DNA of 64,000 nucleotides from a virus: IMG/VR virus record IMGVR_UViG_3300045119_000370, positions 1 to 64,000 of that record; one strand, 5' to 3'. Shown piece by piece: positions 55,743 to 64,000 of this stretch (position 1 is its first letter; each line of letters starts with the position of its first letter). The notes under the pieces were generated by a model. It saw only the letters and a program-made list of their open reading frames with translations, ran no database searches and was not told where the DNA came from. The position numbers and the translations under genes were made by a program.

Positions 55743-57320
55743 ATGACCAAGAGTGAAAAGGAAGGGGCCGATGTGACCGCGCTGCTCAAGGCGCGGAACA
55801 GCCTCCTGTGGGTAGTGACCCGCGAGGAAGGCCGGTCTGAGCGCTACCTGTTCGAGGCGGCCGCCGATGCCAAATATGTCCCTCGCACTTGGGACGCCGG
55901 CCAAGGCGTTGCCAGCATCAACGGGCAGGTCGACGAGACCATCGGTGGCCCGTTCGTCGACGACATTCTCGCGGCCATCCGCGAGCGTGCGGAAAAGGGG
56001 AATGAACGCGGTGTGTGGATTCTCCGCGATCTGCCCGTGTGGCTGGGCGGCCCGCTCGGCGCGACGGTTCTCCGCAAGGTGCGGAACCTCGCCCGGCTTC
56101 TGCCGACCGTGCCCCGCGAGCGTGCGCAGGCGATCATTGTAGTGACGACCAGCGGTGAAGTGCCGCCCGATCTACAGGGTCACGCTACCGTCATCGAGTG
56201 GCCGCTGCCCGACCGGGCAGAAATCGCGGCCGCGCTCGACGACGCCATTGCCAGCCTGCCCGACAATATCCGGGCTGGCGCGGCCCCGAACGGCTCTAGG
56301 GACGCGGCAATCGACGCGGCCGTGGGGTTGACGGGCGAGGAAGCTGCGGGCTGCTACGCTCGCTCTCTGGTGCAGCTGAAGCGCATCGACCCGGTCATCG
56401 TGGCCGGCGAGAAGAAGCGGATTGTTGCACGCGAGGGTGTCCTCGAATGGTTCGACCCGCTGCCCGATGGTTTGGCTTCGGTCGGCGGCCTTGAGAACCT
56501 CAAGGCATGGCTGGTTTCGCGCAAGGCGGCCTACTCCCCGGCGGCACGTGCCTACGGTCTGCCGGCACCGCGTGGCGCGATCTTCGTCGGCATCTCTGGC
56601 TGCGGCAAGTCTCTGATGGCCAAAGCCACTGCCACTGCTTGGAGCGTCCCGCTCTTGCGGCTCGATCTCGGCGCACTGAAGAACAAGTACGTCGGCGGAA
56701 GCGAGGCGTTGATCCGCAAGGCACTGAAAGTCGTCGAGGCGATTGGCAGATGCGTCCTGTGGATCGACGAGGTCGAGAAAGCACTGCAAGGCTCGACCTC
56801 TGGCGCGTCCGATGGTGGCACGTCTGCTGACCAGCTGGGCACGCTGCTCAACTGGATGCAAGAGAGGTCCGGGGAGGCGTTCATCATCGCCACCTCGAAC
56901 GACATCACTGCCCTGCCGCCTGAGTTCTTGCGGAAGGGAAGGTTCGACGAAATCTGGTGGGTCGATACGCCTACCGAGATCGAGCGGACTGAAGTTTGCA
57001 AGGCTGCACTGCGTCAGTACGGACGCACTGTGGACGGCATCGACCTCGCCAAGGTGGCGACTGAGACTGCCGGCTTCACGGGTGCTGAGATCGCCGCACT
57101 GATACCGGACAGCTTGTATGTCGCCTTCGCCGATGGCGAGCGCGAGCTTCGGACGGCGGACCTCGTGGCAGCTGCCAAGCAGGTGGTGCCGTTGACCAAG
57201 ACTGCCGAGGCTGTCATCGCCAAGCAGCGCGAGTGGGCCAAAGGCAAGGCGCGGCCGGCATCGGCGGCACCGGTTGCGGTCACTGAAAAGGGTGTTCAGC
57301 GGCGCACGCTGGACCTCTGA
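55743..57320 (+). CDS. AAA+ ATPase (Ycf46-like)
   Basis: Degenerate N-terminal AAA; GISGCGKS Walker A, LWIDEVEK Walker B, LPPEFLRKGRFDE. Confidence 0.9.
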   Translation: MTKSEKEGADVTALLKARNSLLWVVTREEGRSERYLFEAAADAKYVPRTWDAGQGVASINGQVDETIGGPFVDDILAAIRERAEKGNERGVWILRDLPVWLGGPLGATVLRKVRNLARLLPTVPRERAQAIIVVTTSGEVPPDLQGHATVIEWPLPDRAEIAAALDDAIASLPDNIRAGAAPNGSRDAAIDAAVGLTGEEAAGCYARSLVQLKRIDPVIVAGEKKRIVAREGVLEWFDPLPDGLASVGGLENLKAWLVSRKAAYSPAARAYGLPAPRGAIFVGISGCGKSLMAKATATAWSVPLLRLDLGALKNKYVGGSEALIRKALKVVEAIGRCVLWIDEVEKALQGSTSGASDGGTSADQLGTLLNWMQERSGEAFIIATSNDITALPPEFLRKGRFDEIWWVDTPTEIERTEVCKAALRQYGRTVDGIDLAKVATETAGFTGAEIAALIPDSLYVAFADGERELRTADLVAAAKQVVPLTKTAEAVIAKQREWAKGKARPASAAPVAVTEKGVQRRTLDL

Positions 57321-57328
57321 TAAAAGCA

Positions 57329-57375
57329 AGGGGTGGCCCTTGAAATGCGAAGGGCCACCCTTTATATCAGGTAAA
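57329..57375 (+). promoter_or_regulatory. Terminator-like hairpin overlapping a promoter and dyad
   Basis: GGGTGGCCCTT..AAGGGCCACCC stem; TTGAAA-N17-TATATC; TTTATATCAGGTAAA. Confidence 0.6.
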
Positions 57376-57402
57376 GCAAGACGCTAACGAAGGGAAACTA
57401 AA

Positions 57403-58146
57403 ATGACCACGATCTCCACCATACGCCCGGGCCTTTTGGTCAGCCTGAAGACCAGCTTGAAGGGCAACGTTCATTACGACCGCTACGACCTCGAACGCGA
57501 CACCATCACCGCCGAGGGCGAGTCGAAGGCGCGCTGGGAGACCCTGCGCACCATCGCGGACCCGGCCGAGTACGAGGCGATGACCAAGGTCCGCAACAAG
57601 GGTGCCGGCATGATCCGGGGCGCGTGCACCAAGTCGGCGTTCGGGCTGCTCTGCCCGGAGGCGAACATCGACAACCTCAACCGCGCCATAGCTGACGCGA
57701 ATCGGCTGGTCGATGGAGCCAACCGGACGGCTAAGCTGACCCGCGTCGACGTGTACACTATCGTCGGCCGGATCGAGCCTAACGACGTCGAAGCAGTGCG
57801 GGCGATCAAGGGCGAAATCTCCGACCTGATCTCCACGATCAGCGATGGCGTCAAGAACCTCGACGTCAAGGCTATCCGGGCAGCTGCCGCCAAGGCTCGC
57901 AGTGTCGCCCAGATGCTCCCGGACGACGCCAAGGAGCGGGTCAAGGAAGCCATCGCTACCGGTCGCAAGGTCGCTACGGCGATCAAGAAGGCCGGCGAGG
58001 ACGCGGCGGTCGAGATCGACAAGGAAGCACTCCGCACTTTGGCTTCGGCCCGGACTGCCTTCCTCGACTTCGACGACGAGGACGAGGTCGTCGAGGCCCG
58101 GCCGACCAAGGTCGGTGGCGGCGTCCCCCGGATGCTCGACCTCTGA
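57403..58146 (+). CDS. AAA-associated helical protein (DUF3150-like)
   Basis: Follows the AAA gene; ends RMLDL like the ATPase (RTLDL). Confidence 0.55.
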   Translation: MTTISTIRPGLLVSLKTSLKGNVHYDRYDLERDTITAEGESKARWETLRTIADPAEYEAMTKVRNKGAGMIRGACTKSAFGLLCPEANIDNLNRAIADANRLVDGANRTAKLTRVDVYTIVGRIEPNDVEAVRAIKGEISDLISTISDGVKNLDVKAIRAAAAKARSVAQMLPDDAKERVKEAIATGRKVATAIKKAGEDAAVEIDKEALRTLASARTAFLDFDDEDEVVEARPTKVGGGVPRMLDL

Positions 58147-58205
58147 GGCACAAGCGGGGCGGCTACGGCCGCCCCAGCTACCCTCCAGCCCAAAGGATCA
58201 CTACA

Positions 58206-58547
58206 ATGCCTTGCGACACGATCAGAAAGACGAACCAGACCATCAGCCAGCGCGCCACCGAGGTGCGCAAGGCGGTCGACACGATTGGCAAGGGCGTGGC
58301 CACTGGCCGCATCAAGGTCAAGATTGGCCCGCAGGGTGCCATCGTTTTCGACGGTATCCTCGCCAACGAACGCGACGGCGTTACCGACGCCTGCGTCTAC
58401 CGGAGACTCCTCGCCAGCGGTGCAGCGTCGGCCCTTGCCAAGATCGCCGAGGCGGAACGTCTCGCCGGCCGGCAAGTTGATAGACGAGTCGTCGGCCATG
58501 GTGTTCACAGCCACGACGGTGGAGTAACGTGGCATGGCAAAGGATAG
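58206..58547 (+). CDS. AAA-module small protein
   Basis: KVKIGPQGAI.F.G..GVTDAC; HSHDGG.TW. Confidence 0.6.
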   Translation: MPCDTIRKTNQTISQRATEVRKAVDTIGKGVATGRIKVKIGPQGAIVFDGILANERDGVTDACVYRRLLASGAASALAKIAEAERLAGRQVDRRVVGHGVHSHDGGVTWHGKG

Positions 58548-58699
58548 CGGGCGATAAATCCCTTCTCGCCCGTTGCGGCGGTTCTCCCCGAACCGTAGCA
58601 GGGGCCGGCGTGAGATTGGTCTCCCACGCCGGCCTTTACATCTTGTAAAGTACGTCAAAATACTTACATCTGGAATGGCCGGATGACCCGGTCGAAGGG

Positions 58700-58939
58700 A
58701 TGAGACCGATGACCAAAGCTGTCAAAACTTGGGAAGCCGTCCAGCTGGAGCGCGCCGTCCTCGCGGCCAAGACCCGTTGGGGCCATGGCTGGCGTCTGCT
58801 CGGTGCCGATATCCGCGAGGCACTGGTCCGCGCCGAGGTGCTCGTCATACTGGCGCAGGCCGCGACCGCTGTAGCCGAAACTCCGCAGGGTAAGCTCGCC
58901 GAGCTTGCCATGCACTGGCCGGAAGGAGACGCGAAATGA
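58700..58939 (+). CDS. Hypothetical early protein
   Basis: Downstream of a TTGTAA promoter; GAAGGGA RBS. Confidence 0.55.
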   Translation: MRPMTKAVKTWEAVQLERAVLAAKTRWGHGWRLLGADIREALVRAEVLVILAQAATAVAETPQGKLAELAMHWPEGDAK

Positions 58940-59169
58940 CCAAGGCCGATCTCGCTGCCTTCCGGTTCGCTGGACGTGGTCGCTGGGTGCACGATGACAA
59001 GAAGCTGCTCATCGACCTCGACGACGACTATGGCCGGACCTTCCGCGCCTACACGTCGGCATACGCTTCGCAGGATACACTGATGCGTAACAAGGCTGGT
59101 AACGTCATGCGCTTCCGGTCTGCCGAGGCCGCCGCCCGCTACCTCCTGAAATGGAAGGTGACACCATGA
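58936..59169 (+). CDS. Hypothetical protein
   Basis: AAGGAG RBS; ATGA overlap. Confidence 0.55.
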   Translation: MTKADLAAFRFAGRGRWVHDDKKLLIDLDDDYGRTFRAYTSAYASQDTLMRNKAGNVMRFRSAEAAARYLLKWKVTP

Positions 59170-59795
59170 GCACTTGGGACGAGGCCCGCTGGCTGGCCGA
59201 CCACGATATCGTACAGGAGGCGACGCTCGAACTACGTGCTCGCGTCTATGCCACGGCCGCCCACGCTGCCGTCGGCCAGCTGCGCAAGTACACGGGCGAG
59301 CCGTACATCAAACACCCGGAGGCGGTCGCCGAGCTTGTCCGCGCCGTGCCACACACTGAGGAGATGCTCGCCGCCGCATGGCTGCACGACGTGGTCGAGG
59401 ATACCAAGGTGACTGATGCCGACCTCCGTGAGGAGTTCGGTCCCGAGGTTGCTGAGCTTGTTCGCTGGTTGACCGACGTGTCCGCGCCACAGGATGGGAA
59501 TCGCGTCGCTCGCAAGCGGATGGACCTCATCCATCTGGCAGACGCGCCGGCCGGCGCGCAGACGGTCAAGGTGGCCGATCTGATCGACAACGCCTCGACC
59601 ATCGTCGAGTTCGATCCGCACTTCGCGCGGGTCTTCCTCGCCGAGAAGGCAGCGTTGCTCACCGTACTGACCAAGGCCGACGCCACCCTGCTCGCGCAAG
59701 CGCACAGGGTGGTCGCGGCCGGCATCGATAGGCTGAACGAGAAGCTCGGCGAGGACTTTCTGCAAGTTTTGAGAGGGTACGATGACACAGTTTAG
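59166..59795 (+). CDS. HD-domain (p)ppGpp hydrolase-like protein (Mesh1/SAH-like)
   Basis: [37 protein letters not shown]. Confidence 0.85.
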   Translation: MSTWDEARWLADHDIVQEATLELRARVYATAAHAAVGQLRKYTGEPYIKHPEAVAELVRAVPHTEEMLAAAWLHDVVEDTKVTDADLREEFGPEVAELVRWLTDVSAPQDGNRVARKRMDLIHLADAPAGAQTVKVADLIDNASTIVEFDPHFARVFLAEKAALLTVLTKADATLLAQAHRVVAAGIDRLNEKLGEDFLQVLRGYDDTV

Positions 59796-60009
59796 CAAGC
59801 TGACGCTCGACGCCGACGGCAAGCCGGTCGAGAGCCACATCCGCGTCATCAAGCAGAGTGACCTGATGAAGTGTCCGCACGTGATCCTGATGGAAGCCCA
59901 CTACCGCGAGGATGGCAGCTGTCGCTGCGACGACGTCAACCATCGCATCATGCATGACTGGGGCTATCGCTGGCGCGATGGCCGATGGAGATCAGGAGAT
60001 GAAGGGTAA
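59782..60009 (+). CDS. Small Cys/His hypothetical protein
   Basis: CPH.I..HYR.DGSC.CD. Confidence 0.6.
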   Translation: MTQFSKLTLDADGKPVESHIRVIKQSDLMKCPHVILMEAHYREDGSCRCDDVNHRIMHDWGYRWRDGRWRSGDEG

Positions 60010-60133
60010 GTACACGAAGCGTCACCGCCGCACGGCCCGACAGGTCATGCGGTACGGCAAGAACGCCAAGCGCAAGCACCGCCGCAAGGCGGGCCGCACC
60101 GGTATGGTGTTCAAGAAGCAGACTAAGGCATGA
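59999..60133 (+). CDS. 44-aa Lys/Arg-rich protein
   Basis: AGGAG RBS; [30 protein letters not shown]. Confidence 0.45.
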   Translation: MKGKYTKRHRRTARQVMRYGKNAKRKHRRKAGRTGMVFKKQTKA

Positions 60134-60145
60134 AAGGAGATCACC

Positions 60146-60490
60146 GTGTGGATTTGTTTCAACGATGCGTTCGTCTCGGCGGTTGCCGATCCGACCATGC
60201 CGGGCATGCTCAAGGTGCGCGCGCGCAAACGTGAACACCTTGAGAAGCTCTTCCCGGGCGTCAAGATTCAAGGCTCAGCCCGCACCGACTACGGTTGGCG
60301 GGTGATCGTCCCCAAGCGGGAGTTCATCACGCTCGTGACTGAGCGCATCCGTGGTATCGAGTACGACAACTTCAAGGACAGTGTGCTTGACGAGCGGCTG
60401 CACGAACTGTACGCCGATTTTTGGACGCTGCACTGGGAGTACCAGCACGGATGGCGAAAACCAAAGGAAGTGACCGTCAGCTATGGCTGA
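60146..60490 (+). CDS. Conserved phage hypothetical protein
   Basis: MWI..F.S.V, VRAR..HL, TDY.WR, I.YDNFK.SV. Confidence 0.75.
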   Translation: MWICFNDAFVSAVADPTMPGMLKVRARKREHLEKLFPGVKIQGSARTDYGWRVIVPKREFITLVTERIRGIEYDNFKDSVLDERLHELYADFWTLHWEYQHGWRKPKEVTVSYG

Positions 60491-60567
60491 GACTTGTAAT
60501 CCCTTCTCCTTTGCATCATATAAAGCGTGGCGGCAACATAACCGCCATGCTAGAAGGGAACGAGACC

Positions 60568-61062
60568 ATGAACACCAAGATCGAATTCGAGCGCGCGCAG
60601 ATCACCAACCCGCTCGACATCGCCGCCTTCACCTTTTCCGGTAAGGCGATTTTCACGCTGGTCGGCAAGTCCGGTCGCTACACTTACAAGGTGACCAAGG
60701 CCGACGACGGCCCGGTCTATTTCGTGTCGCTGTTCACCGGTACCGACAACGCCGACAAGTACGCCTACGAGTACGTCGGCGTCGTCCGCACTTACGACAA
60801 CGTCGACATCAAGGTGTGGGAGTTCGGACAGACCAGCAAGTCCAAGATCACGCCGGCTGACCCAAAGTGGGGCAAGGCGATCACGGGCTTCGCGTGGTTG
60901 CTGAAGGAGATCAAGAAGGCTCAGACGCTGGAGCCACACACTCTCGGTCAGGTCGAGTTCTGGCACGAGGGGCGCTGTGGACGGTGTGGCGCGCGGCTGA
61001 CCGTGCCGGCGAGCATTGCTCGCGGGTTGGGGCCAGAGTGCACCAAGCTGGGAGCTAAGTAG
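60568..61062 (+). CDS. DUF6011-family Zn-finger protein
   Basis: G.A.FTL, YTYKV, HEGRCGRCGARLTVP.SI.RGLGPEC. Confidence 0.85.
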   Translation: MNTKIEFERAQITNPLDIAAFTFSGKAIFTLVGKSGRYTYKVTKADDGPVYFVSLFTGTDNADKYAYEYVGVVRTYDNVDIKVWEFGQTSKSKITPADPKWGKAITGFAWLLKEIKKAQTLEPHTLGQVEFWHEGRCGRCGARLTVPASIARGLGPECTKLGAK

Positions 61063-61132
61063 AACGACGCGGGGCCGCTGACAGTCGGCCATTCCAGTTC
61101 ATCAAGTGTCGCTTCACCTGACCGCGTCGTGG

Positions 61133-61166
61133 GAGGCCCCTAGCGTCGGAGGGGCCTCTTTCGTTT
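61133..61166. terminator. Terminator between convergent genes
   Basis: GAGGCCCCT-N8-AGGGGCCTC followed by TTTCGTTT. Confidence 0.65.
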
Positions 61167-61617
61167 AGACGATGGTGATCTCGTTCGAGGTCGACTCTTC
61201 TGAGCCGATTGAGTTGGTGGCGGTTAAGACGCAGAGTGCTTGCTTGCCGACATCGGCAGGGGTGACCGTGTAGTTCGCACCGTCACCGGATACGTCGTCG
61301 CCATCCAGCTGCCATTGATAAGCGTAGGTGCCGGTCCCCATGGCGTTCCAGTTGCCCATCGTGCAGTTGAGGGTCTGGCCGCTCTGCGAGACGTAGGGCG
61401 CGTCCACGACGGTGGGCGGCTCGGTGGGTTCTGGTTCTGGTGGGGCTGTGTCGTCGCCAGTAATCGGCACCACGATCTCGCTGCCGTCGCCCATCTTGAT
61501 GACGACCTGCGAGTTGGGCGGGGCTTCCGGGTCGAAGCCTTCGTCGTTGGGATATGCGATGCGCAGGACGCGCCGTTCTTGTCCCTGCCAAGTGACCGTC
61601 AAAGGCGTGGTGGGCAT
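61165..61617 (-). CDS. Small beta domain plus Ig-like domain protein
   Basis: WQGQ..VLR.A..D.GFD..QVVIK..DG; YAYQW..DG..YTV..ADVG..TATN..G. Confidence 0.7.
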   Translation of the reverse strand: MPTTPLTVTWQGQERRVLRIAYPNDEGFDPEAPPNSQVVIKMGDGSEIVVPITGDDTAPPEPEPTEPPTVVDAPYVSQSGQTLNCTMGNWNAMGTGTYAYQWQLDGDDVSGDGANYTVTPADVGKQALCVLTATNSIGSEESTSNEITIV

Positions 61618-61698
61618 GGTGTTGTCCTCCTGCTGGTGAGGCAGGAGGATAGCAAGGCCCCCGTTGTAAGGCGAGGGCCTGTCGTTTCAGCTGTTGGT

Positions 61699-62118
61699 TC
61701 AGCCGTTGGCGCGGGCTTCGGCCCGCTCGCGGTCGCGTTCGCGCTTCGTTGGCCGCAGCCGGGGCACCTGACGAGACGGCTTTTCGTCGAAGTTGCCGCT
61801 GATGCTTCCGACCGTCGATCCACCGCGTGGATCGCTCTTCATGACTGCTTCGGGATCGTCGCCCGGCTCGCGCGGCGGGATACCGGGAGCACCAGTGCCG
61901 GCGGACATGTTGTTGGTGCTCTGCGGGTCATTGAGGTGCGGGTGACCACGCAGCACGACGTCGCCGATATCTTCGCGACGAACTACCCGCTCTTCACCGC
62001 CGCCACCTTTGATGATGACCTGCTCGCCGGCTTCCGGGTCATGGTTGAAACCCTTGTCGCCGCCGTGTGCCGGTCGGACGATTTGGTAGCCTGCATACTG
62101 CGGTTCGGTGTTATTCAT
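61699..62118 (-). CDS. Small beta domain protein with disordered tail
   Basis: IVRPA..GD.GF..QVIIK..GEE..V; GGAG RBS. Confidence 0.6.
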   Translation of the reverse strand: MNNTEPQYAGYQIVRPAHGGDKGFNHDPEAGEQVIIKGGGGEERVVRREDIGDVVLRGHPHLNDPQSTNNMSAGTGAPGIPPREPGDDPEAVMKSDPRGGSTVGSISGNFDEKPSRQVPRLRPTKRERDRERAEARANG

Positions 62119-62160
62119 GGGGTTCTCCACTTGAGAATAGATCAAAGGGGAACGCGGTTA

Positions 62161-62808
62161 CTACGCAGACTCACCGGACTGGACTTCGCTCTTGGAGACG
62201 GTCTTCTCCTTGCCATCGCTGCCCTTGATGACGACCTGATCACCCTTGGCGGCGTCGAAGCCTTGATCGCCCTGCTTGGCGGGACGAACGATCTGCACGT
62301 CCTGTCCCTGATACTTACCTTTATTCTGGGTCATTGGAAAGACCTCCGCTGATCGGCCCGGATGGGCCGGGGCATCTTCAACGGTCGAGGTTGCGGATTT
62401 GTTCCGATAGAACCTACCGTCGGCTGTCCAGCGTAATGTACCGTTACGCTGAGCTTTAGTTAAACGCTTGATCTTGCCATCAGCAGCGGTCAGTAACTCG
62501 TCGTCGAATGTCGCCGAGAGACGTTGGGTAAAGCGTTGCAAGAGAGCGGTGTCGGCCAGTTCTCCAATGATCTCGGACTGGTTGGCGACTACGCTGTCGT
62601 TGAAGCCGACCTCTGGATGTTTCTCATGCTCGTTCTTCAGGGCATCATGGATCGATACAGATATGTCAGCTGGCGACGCGCCGCACGCCAGACACAGTTC
62701 GACGGTCTCTTCCAACAGGCGCAGTGCGATGGCACGTGACTCGGGTATCGGCAGTTTGGCGAGGGCGTAGATTTGAATCAGATCGTCTACTAAGTCGTCG
62801 ATACGCAT
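62161..62808 (-). CDS. MazG-like NTP pyrophosphohydrolase, in frame with a C-terminal small beta domain that has its own RBS
   Basis: RLLEETVEL..GELAD..KI; GGAGG then ATG at 62334. Confidence 0.55.
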   Translation of the reverse strand: MRIDDLVDDLIQIYALAKLPIPESRAIALRLLEETVELCLACGASPADISVSIHDALKNEHEKHPEVGFNDSVVANQSEIIGELADTALLQRFTQRLSATFDDELLTAADGKIKRLTKAQRNGTLRWTADGRFYRNKSATSTVEDAPAHPGRSAEVFPMTQNKGKYQGQDVQIVRPAKQGDQGFDAAKGDQVVIKGSDGKEKTVSKSEVQSGESA

Positions 62809-62830
62809 GGCTGATCTCCGGTGCATGCAC

Positions 62831-62868
62831 TTGATTTGACGGGGCGTCGCTCATATGTATGATGTAAA
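62831..62868 (+). promoter_or_regulatory. Early promoter with dyad
   Basis: TTGATT/TTGACG -35 and TATGTATGATGTAAA. Confidence 0.6.
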
Positions 62869-62883
62869 GGAAGGGGAAAGACA

Positions 62884-63120
62884 ATGACCATTTACGGAAA
62901 AGACCCACGCGAGACCGAGTACGTTGGGAACCCTCACGAATTCACCGTCGCCTCCGACAAGGACGGTTTTTACTTGGTCAACGAGTTCGACGAGGAAGCA
63001 CAGGACGGCGTCCGCTTTCTCACCCACGACACCGCTCGTGGCATGATACACTGGTTGATCGATAACTGGGAGCCAAGAGACCCGCCCGGCTGGGAAGGTG
63101 GTTTCGCCAAGAACCACTAA
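62884..63120 (+). CDS. Hypothetical early protein
   Basis: AAGGGGA RBS; C-terminal DP.GWEGGFA.NH. Confidence 0.65.
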   Translation: MTIYGKDPRETEYVGNPHEFTVASDKDGFYLVNEFDEEAQDGVRFLTHDTARGMIHWLIDNWEPRDPPGWEGGFAKNH

Positions 63121-63124
63121 TCGC

Positions 63125-63161
63125 TTTAGCTCTTGTAAAGTAGCCCGGTTTCTCCTATATC
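63125..63161 (+). promoter_or_regulatory. Early promoter with dyad
   Basis: TTTAGCTCTTGTAAA; TTGTAA-N17-TATATC. Confidence 0.65.
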
Positions 63162-63273
63162 AGGGGTGTAGGAAGGAAGGGAACCAAGACCATGAAACGC
63201 CTTCTCTTGAAATGGCTGAAAGCCGTTATCCGTTACTTCTCCCTCGAAACCAAAGAAGACAAGGAGGTGTAAG

Positions 63274-63480
63274 GTGACCAAGGCCCTGATGGCGGTGGAC
63301 TTTCTCGCTCCACGAGAAGCTCCCCGCCCGGCCATGAACCCGGCCTCCGTGATCTGGCCGGAATGGCCACGCGAGGGCGTCGCCCGGGTCTTCGCCATGG
63401 AGACGGCGAAGGGCCGGAAGTGGCGGAACGACCAGCCGGTCGTCATACTGAACAAGGATTGGAAGGGACCAAGACCATGA
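63274..63480 (+). CDS. Hypothetical protein
   Basis: AAGGAGGT RBS, GTG start. Confidence 0.45.
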   Translation: MTKALMAVDFLAPREAPRPAMNPASVIWPEWPREGVARVFAMETAKGRKWRNDQPVVILNKDWKGPRP

Positions 63481-63728
63481 CCAAGAGAACCAGAAAATTC
63501 GATAGCGAAGAGGGCGAGCGCACTGCGCAGGCTTTATTCACTTTCATGGGCAAGGTGCGCTTGTACAACGCTGAGGCGCGCGCCGCCGCCATTCGCATCA
63601 TCGAGGCCGAGGCGAAGAACGAATCCGATCCGGTCGAGAAGAAGTTTTTCGAGACCGCCGTCGAGTTCATCAAGAACGTCGGCGACAAGCATGATCAGGT
63701 CATGCGAGAGACTTACGAAAACATTTAG
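63477..63728 (+). CDS. Hypothetical protein
   Basis: GAAGGGACCAAGACCATG leader. Confidence 0.6.
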   Translation: MTKRTRKFDSEEGERTAQALFTFMGKVRLYNAEARAAAIRIIEAEAKNESDPVEKKFFETAVEFIKNVGDKHDQVMRETYENI

Positions 63729-64000
63729 GTACCGGAGGAGGGTTACTAATCGACAGCCGCAGTGGCAACGGGTCAACGTCAAGGCCCCAATGGGTAACCG
63801 TGGGTGTCCCCAGTCGGAATCAAGGGCGTGCTCTGGCCTCCTCCCCCGCTTTAAGGCGGGTAGTCATTTACCAGCGAAGCGCGTCAAGCCACTTTAACAC
63901 TGACAGGAGCAACGATCATGAGCGTGAACACGAGAACGGTCGAGCAGTGGAAGCAGGTGCTAGGACGATTGCCGTCGCCGGAAGGGACGCCAGTCGAGCA

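Larger units (their letters stand above)
1..64000. mobile_element. Tailed dsDNA bacteriophage (siphovirus-like) genome segment, probable alphaproteobacterial host
   Basis: Contiguous MuF, protease, capsid, neck, tail tube, chaperone, tape measure, tail tip and fibre genes plus dense small early genes; no host housekeeping genes. Confidence 0.96.

Noticed and set aside
56172-58658. Long minus-strand ORFs (385 and 391 aa) and similar antisense ORFs elsewhere
   Set aside because: Shadows of GC-rich coding genes on the opposite strand, with no motifs or RBS
61064-61130. Hammerhead-like element (ACGACGCGG/CCGCGTCGT stem, TTGATGA on the minus strand)
   Set aside because: The core CTGANGA and GAAA are not properly present
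23543-63139. Calling the dyads CtrA boxes or att sites
   Set aside because: Consensus is TTTA-N7-TAAA, not TTAA-N7-TTAA; the sites track promoters and no recombinase is present
1-64000. CRISPR array, tRNA, rRNA, integrase, terminase, portal, endolysin
   Set aside because: No regular repeat-spacer array, cloverleaf or diagnostic motifs found by eye; the missing phage genes probably lie outside the window

Overview
This window is a ~64 kb slice of a GC-rich, long-tailed dsDNA phage (siphovirus-like). The host is most likely an alphaproteobacterium, inferred from a VPLPA-CTERM protein, DUF3309, a GcrA-like HTH and -10 elements lacking the -7 T. Bases 1-48.3 kb are a mostly + strand virion module. 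In order: effector genes sharing an N-terminal motif (two VIP2-like ADP-ribosyltransferases and a possible SAM-lyase-like protein); fibre/adhesin genes; a head-tail adaptor; a ~9 kb glycosyltransferase/methyltransferase/2OG-Fe(II) oxygenase cluster; a small divergent early-type cassette with a ~400 nt highly base-paired non-coding region; MuF; a ChaB-Acb1(2H)-XkdF protease fusion; scaffold; capsid; neck; tail tube; frameshifted chaperone; an unusually extended tape measure protein; tail tip and fibre. Bases 48.3-64 kb are an early/accessory region: many small genes, a VPLPA-CTERM surface protein, an HGT-type ART-like protein, an AAA-ATPase module, an HD hydrolase, DUF6011, a MazG-like protein, three paralogous small domains, and repeated promoters overlapped by a 15-bp TTTA-N7-TAAA dyad. 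I recognised no terminase, portal, integrase, replication, endolysin, tRNA or CRISPR features. All family assignments come from motif recognition by eye; no database search was run.
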